Of a DNA stretch of 61,742 bases, positions 39,101 through 51,100 are shown piece after piece. The stretch comes from Phoronis australis (taxonomy: Eukaryota; Animalia; Phoronida): contig NMRA01000806.1 in assembly GCA_002633005.1 (NCBI GenBank), positions 75,987-137,728 of the forward strand, in the 5' to 3' direction. Positions within the stretch are counted from its first letter, which is position 1. Every line of letters begins with the position of its first letter. The position numbers and the translations under genes are program-made. Under the pieces are notes generated by a model. It made no database searches. It saw only the letters and a program-made list of their open reading frames with translations, and was not told where the DNA came from.

Positions 39101-42100
39101 ACATGTATTACTGTTAGCCTATACGGCCTTCATGGTCAACTATTACCAGAGCATTGTGTTATTGGACATGACGCCTGAGCATTAAAATGACGTGCACAGT
39201 AAGATAACGATTTTAATCGTTTTACCTGATTTAGAAGACGGTTATACATCTACAGGTCAAGTACATGTAGTTCAACATACGGGAGAAAGTTGTTGGTCAC
39301 TGTTGGTCTGTCGTCTAAGGTGGTTCATGTCATGTCGTATATATATATCCATACAATATGTTCAATATTAAAACGATCAACTATCACTCTTCCATTATCT
39401 ATGGCAAACACTAAGGTGTTCTGGGCAACGTCTTACTTGTGATGCGAAAAAATATACAGACATGCAACCGACCAGGACTGGCTTGACAGCAGGGGCATTT
39501 CCAACGTTTCAGAGTGCCAGTCAAATGGTTTATGGGCTTTTGTAGCAGAGTGAAGACGTACAGTGTAATGACATAGGACTCTGTTTTTCTTGTAATCATA
39601 ATTTGACCACCTCAGTGCATTGGAAATGACTGTTAAAACTGAGGGCATAAAACAACACCAAAATAGCAATATAGTACATTTTTGAAATAACGTCAAGGCA
39701 ATTTTAACGGTTTTAGTGTGAAGTTATCAAAATCACTCAAAGTAGTGATAACACATACAACAAGCTTAACAATAGCATGGTTTTCACCAAAGTGTAACCA
39801 TTTACCATATTAAATGTGTGGAAATGTGCAACTGAAATTATTTGAAAAACGAGAAAATGATCACCTGAATATAAGTCCCAGGTGGTTTCTGTTGTGTATG
39901 TACTGTGTTCAATATTCCAGCGATCGACTGTCAATCTCCTCCACCTGTTCCAAACACTAATGTCTCGTTCACAACTACCAACTTGTCCTCAGAGGCAACA
40001 TACACATGCAGACAACCAGGACATGTCATTAGAGGTTCCAACGTCACGGTGTGCCAGACAAACGGCAATTGGTCCAAAGTGGAGGATTGCCAACGTAAGC
40101 CTAACACATTTGACAGAGTCTCTTGTAATCGTTCTGTAAACATTTACTAATATAGAGGCACTGTACATGTAGCCTTAGGGAGTTTAAGTATGCACACGCA
40201 ATAATTCCAAATCTTAAGACTAGTATTCCAAATTTAGCTCCCATGATGGGTTCCTAACGTACATGTATCCATACAATATGTTCAATATTCAAGCGCTCGA
40301 CTATCACTCTCCATTATCTATGACAAACACTAATGTCTTCTAAGTAAGCACTTACTTGTGATGCGAAACATTATACAGACATGTAACCGACCAGGACTGA
40401 CTTGACAGCAGGGGCATTTCCAACGTTGCAGCATGTCAGTCAAATGGTTTATGGTCTTTTGTAGCACAGTGAAGACGTACAGAGTAATGACCTAGGGCTC
40501 TGTTTTTCTTGTAATCATACTATGACCACCTCAGTGCATTGCCAATGAGAGTTAGAAATGAGGGCACCAAACAACACCAAAATAGCCATATGATACATTT
40601 TTGAATTAACGCCAAGGCAATATTAACGGTTTTAGTGTGAAGTTATCAAAATCCTTCAAAGTAGTGAGTAACACATACAACAAGCTAAACAATAGCATGG
40701 TTTTCACCAAAATGTAACCATCTACCATAATAAATGTGTGGAAATGTTCACCTGAAATTATTTGAAAAACGTGAAAATTATCAGCGTAATATACTTGTAA
40801 GTCACAGGTCGCATCTGCTGTGTATGCACTGTGTTCAATATTCCAGCGATCGACTGTCAATCTCCTCCACCTGTTCCAAACACTAATGTCTCGTTCACAA
40901 CCACCAACTTGTCATCAGAGGCAATATACACGTGCAGAAAACCAGGACATGTCATTAGAGGTTCCAACGTCACGGTGTGCCAGACAAACGGCTCTTGGTC
41001 CAAAGTGGAGGATTGCCAACGTAAGCCTAACACTTTTGGCAAAGTCTCTTGTAATCGTTCTGTAAACATTTACAAATATAGAGGCACTGTACATGTAGCC
41101 TTAGGGTGTTCAAATATGCACACGTAATAATTCCAAATCTTAAGACTAGTATTCCGAAATTTAGATTCCATGAGGGGTTCCTATCGTACGTGTATCCATA
41201 CAATATGTTCAATTCAAGCGATCGACTATCACTCTGCATTATCTATGACAAACACTAATGTCTTCTACGCAAGCACTTACTTGTGATGCGAAACATTATA
41301 CAGGCATGCAACCGACCAGGACTGACTTGACAGCAGGGGCATTTCCAACGTTGCAGCGTGCCAGTCAAATGGTTTATGGTCTTTTGTAGCAGAGTGAAGA
41401 CGTACAGTGTAATGACCTAGGGCTCTGTTTTTCTTGTAATCATACTATGACCACCTCAGAGCTTTGCCAATGAGTGTTAGAAATGAGGGCAGTAACCAAC
41501 ACCAAAATAGCAATATTATACATTTTTGAATTAACGACAAGGCAATTTTAGCGGTTTTAGTTTGAAGTTATCAAAATCATTCAAAGTAGTGATTAACACA
41601 TGCAACAAGCTAAACAATAACATGGTTTTCACCAAAGTGTAACCATTTACCATATTAAATGTGTGGAAATGTGCACCTGAATTTATTTGAAAAACGTGAA
41701 AATGATCACCGGAATATAAGTCCCAGGTGGTTTCTGTTGTGTATGCGCTGTGTTCAATATTCCAGCGATCGACTGTCAATCTCCTCCACCTGTTCCAAAC
41801 ACTAATGTCTCGTTCACAACCACCAACTTGTCATCAGAGGCAACATACACATGCAGACAACCAGGACATGTCATAAGAGGTTCCAACGCCACGGTGTGCC
41901 AGACAAACGGCTCTTGGTCCAAAGTGGAGGATTGCCAACGTAAGCCTAACACTTTTGGCAGAGTCTCTTGTAATCGTTCTGTAAACATTTACAGATTTAG
42001 AGGCACTGTACATGTAACCTCAGGGTGTTTAAGTATGCACACGTAATAATTCGAAATCTTAAGTCTACCATTCGAAATTTAGGTCCCATTAGTGGTCCCT

Positions 42101-45100
42101 ATCCATGACGTAGAATTGTCGTGAAGACTAGACTACGACCTCAGGGGTCTCACGCTCCACCGACTTACCTACACTAATTTGAAAAGGGTTTGTCCAGTCA
42201 CGTGTCATGGGTCATAAGTCGAGATAATGCAAGTCATATTTCTTCAGGCAGCTCTCATCACCTCCCCATCGGCTTCATGGACAATAAAATGAAATCGGCC
42301 GAATGGATCTGTGATCCAAGACCTTCCAGAGTTGCCCTATTGACAACTCCAGGCGGTCTCTCACGAGGATTTACTGTTATGGTACATGTATCCATACAAT
42401 ATCAGATCAATATTCAAGCGATCGACTATCACTCTCCAGTATCTATGGTAAACACTAATGTCTCCTACGTAAGCACTTACTTGTGATCGGAAACAATATA
42501 CAGACATGCAACCGACCAGGACTGACTTGACAGCAGTGGCATTTCCAATGACTCAGAGTGCCAGTCAAATGGTTTATGGTCTTTTCGAGCAGAGTGAAGA
42601 CGTACAGTGTAATGACCTAGGGCTCTGGTTTTCTTGTAATCATACTGTTACCTACTCAGTGCTTTGGCAGTGGCGGACATAGAGGGGGCCAAGGGAGCCA
42701 TGGGCCGCCTTTAACTCTCCCAGATTCCATTTGGCAATTGGGGGTGCGAAGGTTTGACGAGAAAAATCCTGGCTAATACTCCGTCCTGGCTCCCTAACTT
42801 AAAATCCTGGATCCGCCCCTGTTTGGCAATGAGTGATTGAAATGAGGGCATAAAACAACACCAAAATAGAAATATTATATATATTTGAATTAACGTCAAA
42901 TCAATTTGAACGGTTTTAGTGTGAAGTTATCAAAATCATTCAAAGTAGTGATCAACTCATCCAACAAGCTAAACAATCACATGGTTTTCACCAAAGTGTA
43001 ACCATTTACCATATTAAATGTGTGGAAATGTGCACCTGAATTTATTTGAAAAACGTGAAAATGATCACCGGAATATAAGTCCCAGGTGGTTTCTGTTGTG
43101 TATGCTCTGTGTTCAATATTCCAGCGATCGACTGTCAATCTCCTCCACCTGTTCCAAATACTAATGTCTCGTTCACAACCACCAACTTGTCATCAGAGGC
43201 AACATACACATGCAGACAACCAGGACATGTCATAAGAGGTTCCAACGTCACGGTGTGCCAGACAAACGGCTCTTGGTCCAAAGTGGAGGATTGCCAACGT
43301 AAGCCTAACACTTTTGGCAGAGTCTCTTGTAATGGTTCTGTAAACATTTACAGATTTAGAGGCACTGTACATGTAGCATCAGGGTGTTTAAGTATGCACA
43401 CGTAATAATTCGAAATCTTAAGTCTACCATTCGAAATTTAGGTCCCATTAGTGGTCCCTATCCATGACGTAGAATTGTCATGAAGACTAGACTACGACCT
43501 CAGGGGTCTCACGCTCCACCGACTTAAATACACTAATTTGAAAAGGGTTTGTCCAGTCACGTGTTATGGGTCATAAGTCGAGATAATGCAAGTCATATTT
43601 CTTCAGGCAGCTCTCATCACCTCACCATCGGCTTCATGGACAATAAAATGGCATCGGCCGAATGGATCTGTGATCCAAGACCTTCCAGAGCTGCCCTATT
43701 GACAATTCCAGGCGGTCTCTCACGAGGATTTAATGTTATGGTACATGTATCCATACAATATCAGATCAATATTCAAGCGATCGACTATCACTCTCCAGTA
43801 TCTATGGTAAACACTAATGTCTCCTACGTAAGCACTTACTTGTGATCGGAAACAATATACAGACATGCAACCGACCAGGACTGACTTGACAGCAGTGGCA
43901 TTTCCAATGACTCAGAGTGCCAGTCAAATGGTTTATGGTCTTGTGGAGCAGAGTGAAGACGTACAGTGTAATGACCTAGGGCTCTGGTTTTCTTGTAATC
44001 ATACTGTTACCTACTCAGTGCTTTGGCAGTGGCGGACGTAGAGGGGGCCAAGGGGGCCATGGGCCGCCTTTAACTCTCCCAGATTCCATTTGGCAATTGG
44101 GGGTGCGTAGGTCTGACGAGAAAAATCCTGGCTAATACTCCGTCCTGGCTCCCTAAATTAAAATCCTGGATCCGCCCCTGTTTGGCAATGAGTGATTGAA
44201 ATGAGGGCATAAAACAACACCAAAATAGAAATATTATATATATTTGAATTAACGTCAAATCAATTTTAACGGTTTTAGTGTGAAGTTATCAAAATCATTC
44301 AAAGTAGTGATCAACTCATCCAACAAGCTAAACAATCACATGGTTTTCACCAAAGTGTAACCATTTACCATATTAAATGTGTTGAAATATACATCTGAAA
44401 GTATTTGAATAACGTGAAAATGATCAGCGGAATATAAGTCCCAGGTGGTTCCTGTTGTCTATGCGCTGTGTTTAATATTCCAGCGATCGATTGTCAATCT
44501 CCTCCAGTTGTTCCAAACACCAATGTCTCGTTCACAATCACCAACTTGTCATCGGAGGCAACATACACGTGCAGACAACCAGGATATGTCATTAGAGGTT
44601 CCAACGTTACGGTGTGCCAGACAAACGGCTCTTGGTCCAAAGTGGAAGGGTGCCAACGTAAGCCTAACACTTTTGGCAGAGTCTCTTGTAATCGTGCTGC
44701 AAACACTTACAATTAGGGGCACTGTACATGTAGCCTTAGGCAGTTTAAATATGCACACGTAATTATTCCAAATCTTAAGACTAGTATTCCAAATTTAGCT
44801 CCCATGATGGGTTCCTATCGTACATGTATCCATACAATATGTTCAATATTCAAGCGCTCGCTTATCACTCTCCATTATCTATGACAAACACTAATGTCTT
44901 CTACGTAAGCACTTACTTGTGATCGGAAACTATAAACAGACGTGCAACCGACCAGGTCTGACTTGACAGCAAGGGCATTTCCAACGTTGCAGCGTGCCAG
45001 TCAAATGGTTTATGGTCTTTTGTAGCAGAGTGAAGACGTACAGTGTAATGACATAGGGCTCTGTTTTTCTTGTAATCATATTATGACCACCTCAGTGCTT

Positions 45101-48100
45101 TGGCAATGAGTGTTAGAAATGAGGGCATGAAACAACACCAAAATAGCAATATCATACATTTTTTAATTAACGTCAAGGCAATTTTAACGGGTTTAGTGTG
45201 AAGTTATTAAAATGATTCAAACTAGTGATTAACACATACCACACGCTAAACAATCGAATGGTTTTCACCAAAGTGTATCTATTTACCATATTAAATGTGT
45301 GGAAATGTGCAACTGAAATTATTTGAAAAACGAGAAAATGATCACCTGAATATAAGTCCCAGGTGGTTTCTGCTGTGTATGCACTGTGTTCAATATTCCA
45401 GTGATCGACTGTTAATCTCCATCTATTCCTGAAAGGCCGGCAGTCAGCTTTTTTTGGACCATTGCCCTTTTAAACTGTCAACTTAGACCCAGTTTGAGCA
45501 AAATGATCATGCCCTTTCGGAGAGCCAAAATATTTTCTATTTTCTCAGCTAGACATCCCATTTTACGTATACGCCTCACAGGTTCATCTGTTGTTACCAC
45601 CACTATTTCAGACAGCTTTGACGCCACAGGAACAATGATGTTTTTAAGCTGTTTAAAACACGTGACTTTGCCGCCACTTTTTTAAACTATTGGCTCACTC
45701 TTCTCAAAGGCGATGTTTTGGTGTTGCACTGGGAAAATCTGTTAAACTTCCGCAAATAAATGCGTGCTTTTATTTCCTTCCACCACATGTGGACTAAAAC
45801 GGGTGTTTTTTCTATCAAATTGGCTTCCGAAATTGAATTCTTCGAGAAAAAGTTTTTGTTATTGTCCCTTGTTCCAGAAGAAGTACGATAAATATTAGCA
45901 AAACACGATGTCATTGTTTCTGTTTTACTTACCACGGCAAGTTTGTTTTTAACTACTGTTTTGTCGGATACACAGTTGGTTTATGACCTATGAGTTCCAA
46001 CAAAAGATTGCAAGAAAACTTTAACAATAAAAAAATATTTCCTGATCCTGGAATCTCCTTTCGTATGGAGTTGAAATTGTACGGGATACATTTTTACCAT
46101 ACCAAGAAACATTGTTGAAAAACAATGGAAAGCACATAGTGGCACATCTATAAATTCCAGGTGGCATATTTGTTAGAATTTCATTCAAACAATCCTAGAA
46201 AGAAGGCAATAAGTGTATGAACCGCTATTCTCCGTGTGACAAATACCATGCAAACTCATGAAATATGACGTCGCTTTCGTAAAATGTAACAATGGTACAC
46301 TTCTCGAATGTACATTCGACGTAAATTGTAACAACTACATAAAATGTAACAACTTGTTACATTTTAGGAGAGGCTTAGCAAAGTAAAATGTAACAATTGT
46401 TAAATTTAAAGAAATTGTTTCATTTTACGGCGTATCAGTGCACTAATATTAAATGCTTGGATCAATTAGTAAATCTACCCCTGATGAGTTGTTTTTTTCA
46501 TCACTGAAAGTTTCTGAGAAAATAACACTGCGATATGCTCGTAACATTTCTACAGTCATTTATACCAGCTGGCCATGGATAATTCTGACAAAGGCAGTTA
46601 GTTACCACTTTGAATTAAGAAAAAACAAAACCAATATGATGGAAGTCTTTTGCAAGAGACGTACTTCAGCAACGCATTTTCTGCGTGTTTTGGTCATATT
46701 TCTCTAAAACTGTTCCAATAGAGTCGCATTATCAAAATGAGTCGTAGGGAAACAAACGCATATTTCGCGCAGCAGAATATCCTCGATACCAAACATATGA
46801 GCGCACTCAGAGTTCGCTAATCGTACGGATGCCGTTGATTGCTTCAAACACACACCGTGGGTGTTAGGTCCGGGTATTGTTCCAGCTTCCACTTTCAAAC
46901 TCTTAATTTGCAACATTGCAACATGAAACCTGAAAATATTCCAGGTCACATCTGAGCTGGAACTGGAACTATTGGATCCGTGTTAAGGTTCCCAGTTCAA
47001 ATTTCATTTTGAAATTGAATATCAAAAATCTGGAAAATGGAATTAAGTTTGAAAATTCAACATTCAATCTAAGCTGAAAAACGAAATTTTGATTGCCAAT
47101 ATTTTATATTTGAAATAAAACTAAGTCATGAAAATGGATGCACTAGAAGAAGGCTGAAGCCTAGGTGACACTTTCAAAAACTAGTGGAAGAACTCGTGTT
47201 GATTCGCGACCAATACATAATTATCTAATTTGCTGACTTAGGTCCACCTCAAAGTGAATGACCCATAAATAAGTAAGTTGGCATACAATACCTCTTCAAA
47301 TGGATTGTTGAGGTCAAGTAGCCATTGGTGTAGCTGGCTTGGGCCAATCACTTGGCCAGTGGGGGGTATAGGGCGGTGCCCTTGGCGCCAAAAATTTCTT
47401 ATTTAGCCACTCATGCATGGCCACGCCTTCCACGCTCTGACTTTGCATTCGATGGCGTCGGCTCACGACGGAAAGTTGTTTGGGACTAAAGATTTTTAGC
47501 ACAGCTGCTGTACATAAATAGTAAGTCGTCAGTCAGTGACTGATGAGGACTGAAAGCTTGAGTGGTCACGTGGCTTCGTTTGCAATGAATGCGATATCTC
47601 GTGAAGTCTTGCGTTTTCGCGAGCTTCTCGGAGATACTAAATTACCTCAAGTGATTTTACTTGTACACTTTTCGTGAAAAGTTGACGCATCCGCCTTTGT
47701 AATATCTGTCGCCGTGATGACGAACTTGTTTCAGCTGCAACAGAATCGCCTAATAGACTGCATTGTTTCATGAAATGGGAACCGCCAGACAGTCGGGAAT
47801 GTGTCAGTGCTGTAGCATGGGACGCCATGATTGCGCGTATAGTTTGCGAACGACAATCATTACGGCAAGTCATACGAACATCAAAATGCAGAATACGACC
47901 ACCAAAAAGTCAACGGTTCATTGAAAATCAGATTTAAGATTGAGAATGACATACGACGTACGACTTTTCAGAACTTCTTGGCTGAATTGATGTTTTTGAG
48001 CGTCTCATCTTAAGCAAAACATGTTGCTGCTACGATTGAAGTTCGAACAAACGTAGATATGGAGGGCGGAGTATAAGTGTATGAGGCACTCGATCTTTTC

Positions 48101-51100
48101 CAGACCTACCTTCCACCTGTACAGTTGTATGGAGCTTTGACAGATGGTATAAAGGAGGTAGTGAAAAGAGATGGGTATTTCTGGCGACTATTAACAATTG
48201 ACAACCCCACAAGGGCAGAACAATAATTCAACAGTATATTCTTTAATACCGATATAAGAGATAATACTGTACAATAGTTTAGTCTGACACCAAAGGCCTT
48301 GACTTTGGTAACTGTTTAATTTTTCAATAATGTTCACCTACAAATTAGGATCAAATATAAATGATTGACATCGTGTTCAGAAAGGTAGAGGTATAATTGA
48401 AATGAGTATACATGTATGACTATATGCATAATTCCACATGTGTATACTAAGGTGAAATGTCATGTGTAAGAACCACAATGCACACAGATGAATGTACCTT
48501 AAAAGAACTTCGGTTTACCGAAGCTTTGCCGAAACTTCGCTGTTGACATTGAAGCTGACAGTATATAAATCATTGATTCTGACAGCACTGAGAAAGTGCA
48601 CAGCATCGGATGTGCATGAGGCCTGGGGCAGATTTTGAACCTTCCAATTGTTCATTTATTTTTAATACGAAATTGTTCTGCAGATTTTTTATTTTCCTTC
48701 GACAGCGGATGTATTGAGGTTTTGGGATGTTATTTCAATGAGTGCTGACAGCCGCTGCTGTTTGAAGGTAAATAAAAAATGTAAAACCTTGGATCTTTGC
48801 CAATTGACGGGAGGAAATTACGGTTCAAAGTAACACGAAGTTGCCCACAGTTTACATTTTTTAGAAATACATTTTCAAAGCAAAAAATGACTTTTTCACA
48901 GACACGAGGTTGTAAACCATCCTATGGAGTTTCAAGGTATGGCTTAAGGTTTGTCAGTCGTTGAAGATTCAGAAGATAATTATACACTTTGAGGTCTTGA
49001 AAATTTTGAAAATTGGGACTGAACAGTATGAGTGTGAATTGAATTCACGAAGGTTGACACAACCGGATTGTTACGGGTTAGGGACCTTTCTGAGAACAAA
49101 GGATTAAATTTTAGTTGAGGTTAGTCAACGAAGTAAAGTTGCTTTCATGGAGAGTTGTCAAACAACTCAGCCGAAGGCTGTCGGAACGATGTGAACGCGC
49201 CAAAACGGGGAATGAGATTGACGTCTTGATTATATACTACGTGTTGTGTCATGCCCTTTGCTTTCAGCACCCTTAACAATATAGAGACAATTTTGACGGT
49301 TGTAGTGCGAAGTTATCAAAATCATTCAAAGTAGTGTTCATCACAAGCAACAAGCTAAACAATCGCACGGATTTCATCAAATTGTAACCATTTACCATTT
49401 TAAGTGTTGAAATGTGCACCTGTAATTATTTGGAATTCTTGAAATGATCAGCGAAGTATAAATCCCAGGTAGTTCCTGTCATGTATGTATGCATACAGTG
49501 TGTTCAATATTCCAACGATCGACTGTCAATCTCCTCCACTTGTTTCAAGCGCTAATGTCTCGTTCACAACCTCCAACTTGTCATCGGAGGCAACATACAC
49601 GTGCAAATAACCAGGACATGTCATTAGAGGTTCCAAGGTCGCGGTGTGCCAGACAAGCGACTCATGGTCCAGAGTGGCAGAGTGCGGACTAACATGGCAG
49701 AGTCTCTTTTGTAATCGTGCTGTTACCATTTATAATTAGGGGCACTGTACATGTAGTCTTGGAGTGTTTAAATATGCACACGTCTTAAAACTAGAATTCG
49801 AAGTTTATGTTCCAGTGGGATTTTAATGACATACTGCATGTTCAATGTTAACGACCAGGCCATAACATCCGAGGGTTCAACGTTGCGATGTGCCTAGCAA
49901 AAGCGTCTTTTGTAGCAGGGTGCCAAAGTAAGGTTTCAATGTTATTTGACAAACCGTTGTATTTTGGCACTCCGTCACTTACAGTATGTTATAATGTGTA
50001 CGTGCACTATACGTTCGTTTCTATACGTTTGAAAAGTGATTACTTGACAATCACTGTGCACCTTTTAGTTCAAAGTTCCAGGAACGTCAGTTGCTGACCC
50101 CCGAAAAAGCGTTCACCATGAACGCATTACTATCTCATTTTTCATACTCTTCTTCAGCACAGATGAGTGAAAATGTGTCCATTCTAAGTTCAAAACCGGG
50201 TGATTTTTTTTCGATGGTTTGTATTTCAAAGAACAGCTTTTACCTGATATGGAGAGTCAAATCAAAAGTGCCACAACTATACTTGTGCTTTTCCATGCGC
50301 GCGCACCCTTCAATGTGGGGGGCTTGAATTTCCCACGATGGACCTTTTACCCACAAAAATGCCGAAGGACTAAAAAAAAACAGGGAACCACGTCCATGGC
50401 TGTGCATTGTGCGCCAAATGGAGGGCTCGTTCGAGTCCCCGAGCCCCCCTGGGTGCGTGCATGTTTTCGTAGGAATTTTTACTTTCTCATTCGGTGTCTC
50501 AACGATAAACTTCAAAATAAAATATTTTTAAATTTTACAGCTCCCCCAACAGTCTTGCCGCCGTATGAGAAAACGTACGATCCGTATAAAAAGACAAGTA
50601 AGGAATTTTTCATTGTCTCTACTAAGCTTATTTCATGTTTGAACATAACAACAATTCTTCCACAGCACACTGCCACATAATGCGCATGCTTGCTAGAAAA
50701 TCCACAGCAGTATCGGCCATGCTCATTCGATACGACATTTCTCTATTTCCGTGTGACGTTATCATGTACATTACTACATACATGTATAGTATTCAAAGCA
50801 TTTGCAACATACATGTATATTTCGTTTTTTTCTTATTTTGGAGTAAATTGAATTACTTAGGCTATCTCGTCAAACTGTGCGGCTATTTAGATGTGTACTG
50901 ATATCTTGGCAATCGCTTCCATCGCATCTCCCGTTCCATGTGTTCAAAATGCGTTAAAAAACAACCAAACACAGCATTAACTATCCTCCGTGGTTAATGT
51001 GAAATGTTGCCAGGTATTCCTACTTCATTTCCCGTGGTTTATGGCATAAGGAAGAATGATGAGGAGTTGCGTTTGTGGTGGTTGTCACAACTCACTCTTT

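Larger units (their letters stand above)
39340..45421 (+). repeat. Tandem array of ~920-bp exon+intron units (two expanded to 1359 bp)
   Basis: Exon starts are spaced 926, 919, 1359, 1359 and 918 bp; intron sequence is shared between units. Confidence 0.95.

Noticed and set aside
39737-44758. Repeated minus-strand ORFs (MFTERLQETL..., MTVDRWNIEH...)
   Set aside because: Antisense shadows of the duplicated CCP units; no independent coding evidence.
48030-48360. Possible CR1/L2 RT remnant (ILLNYCSAL on the minus strand)
   Set aside because: Single short motif only.
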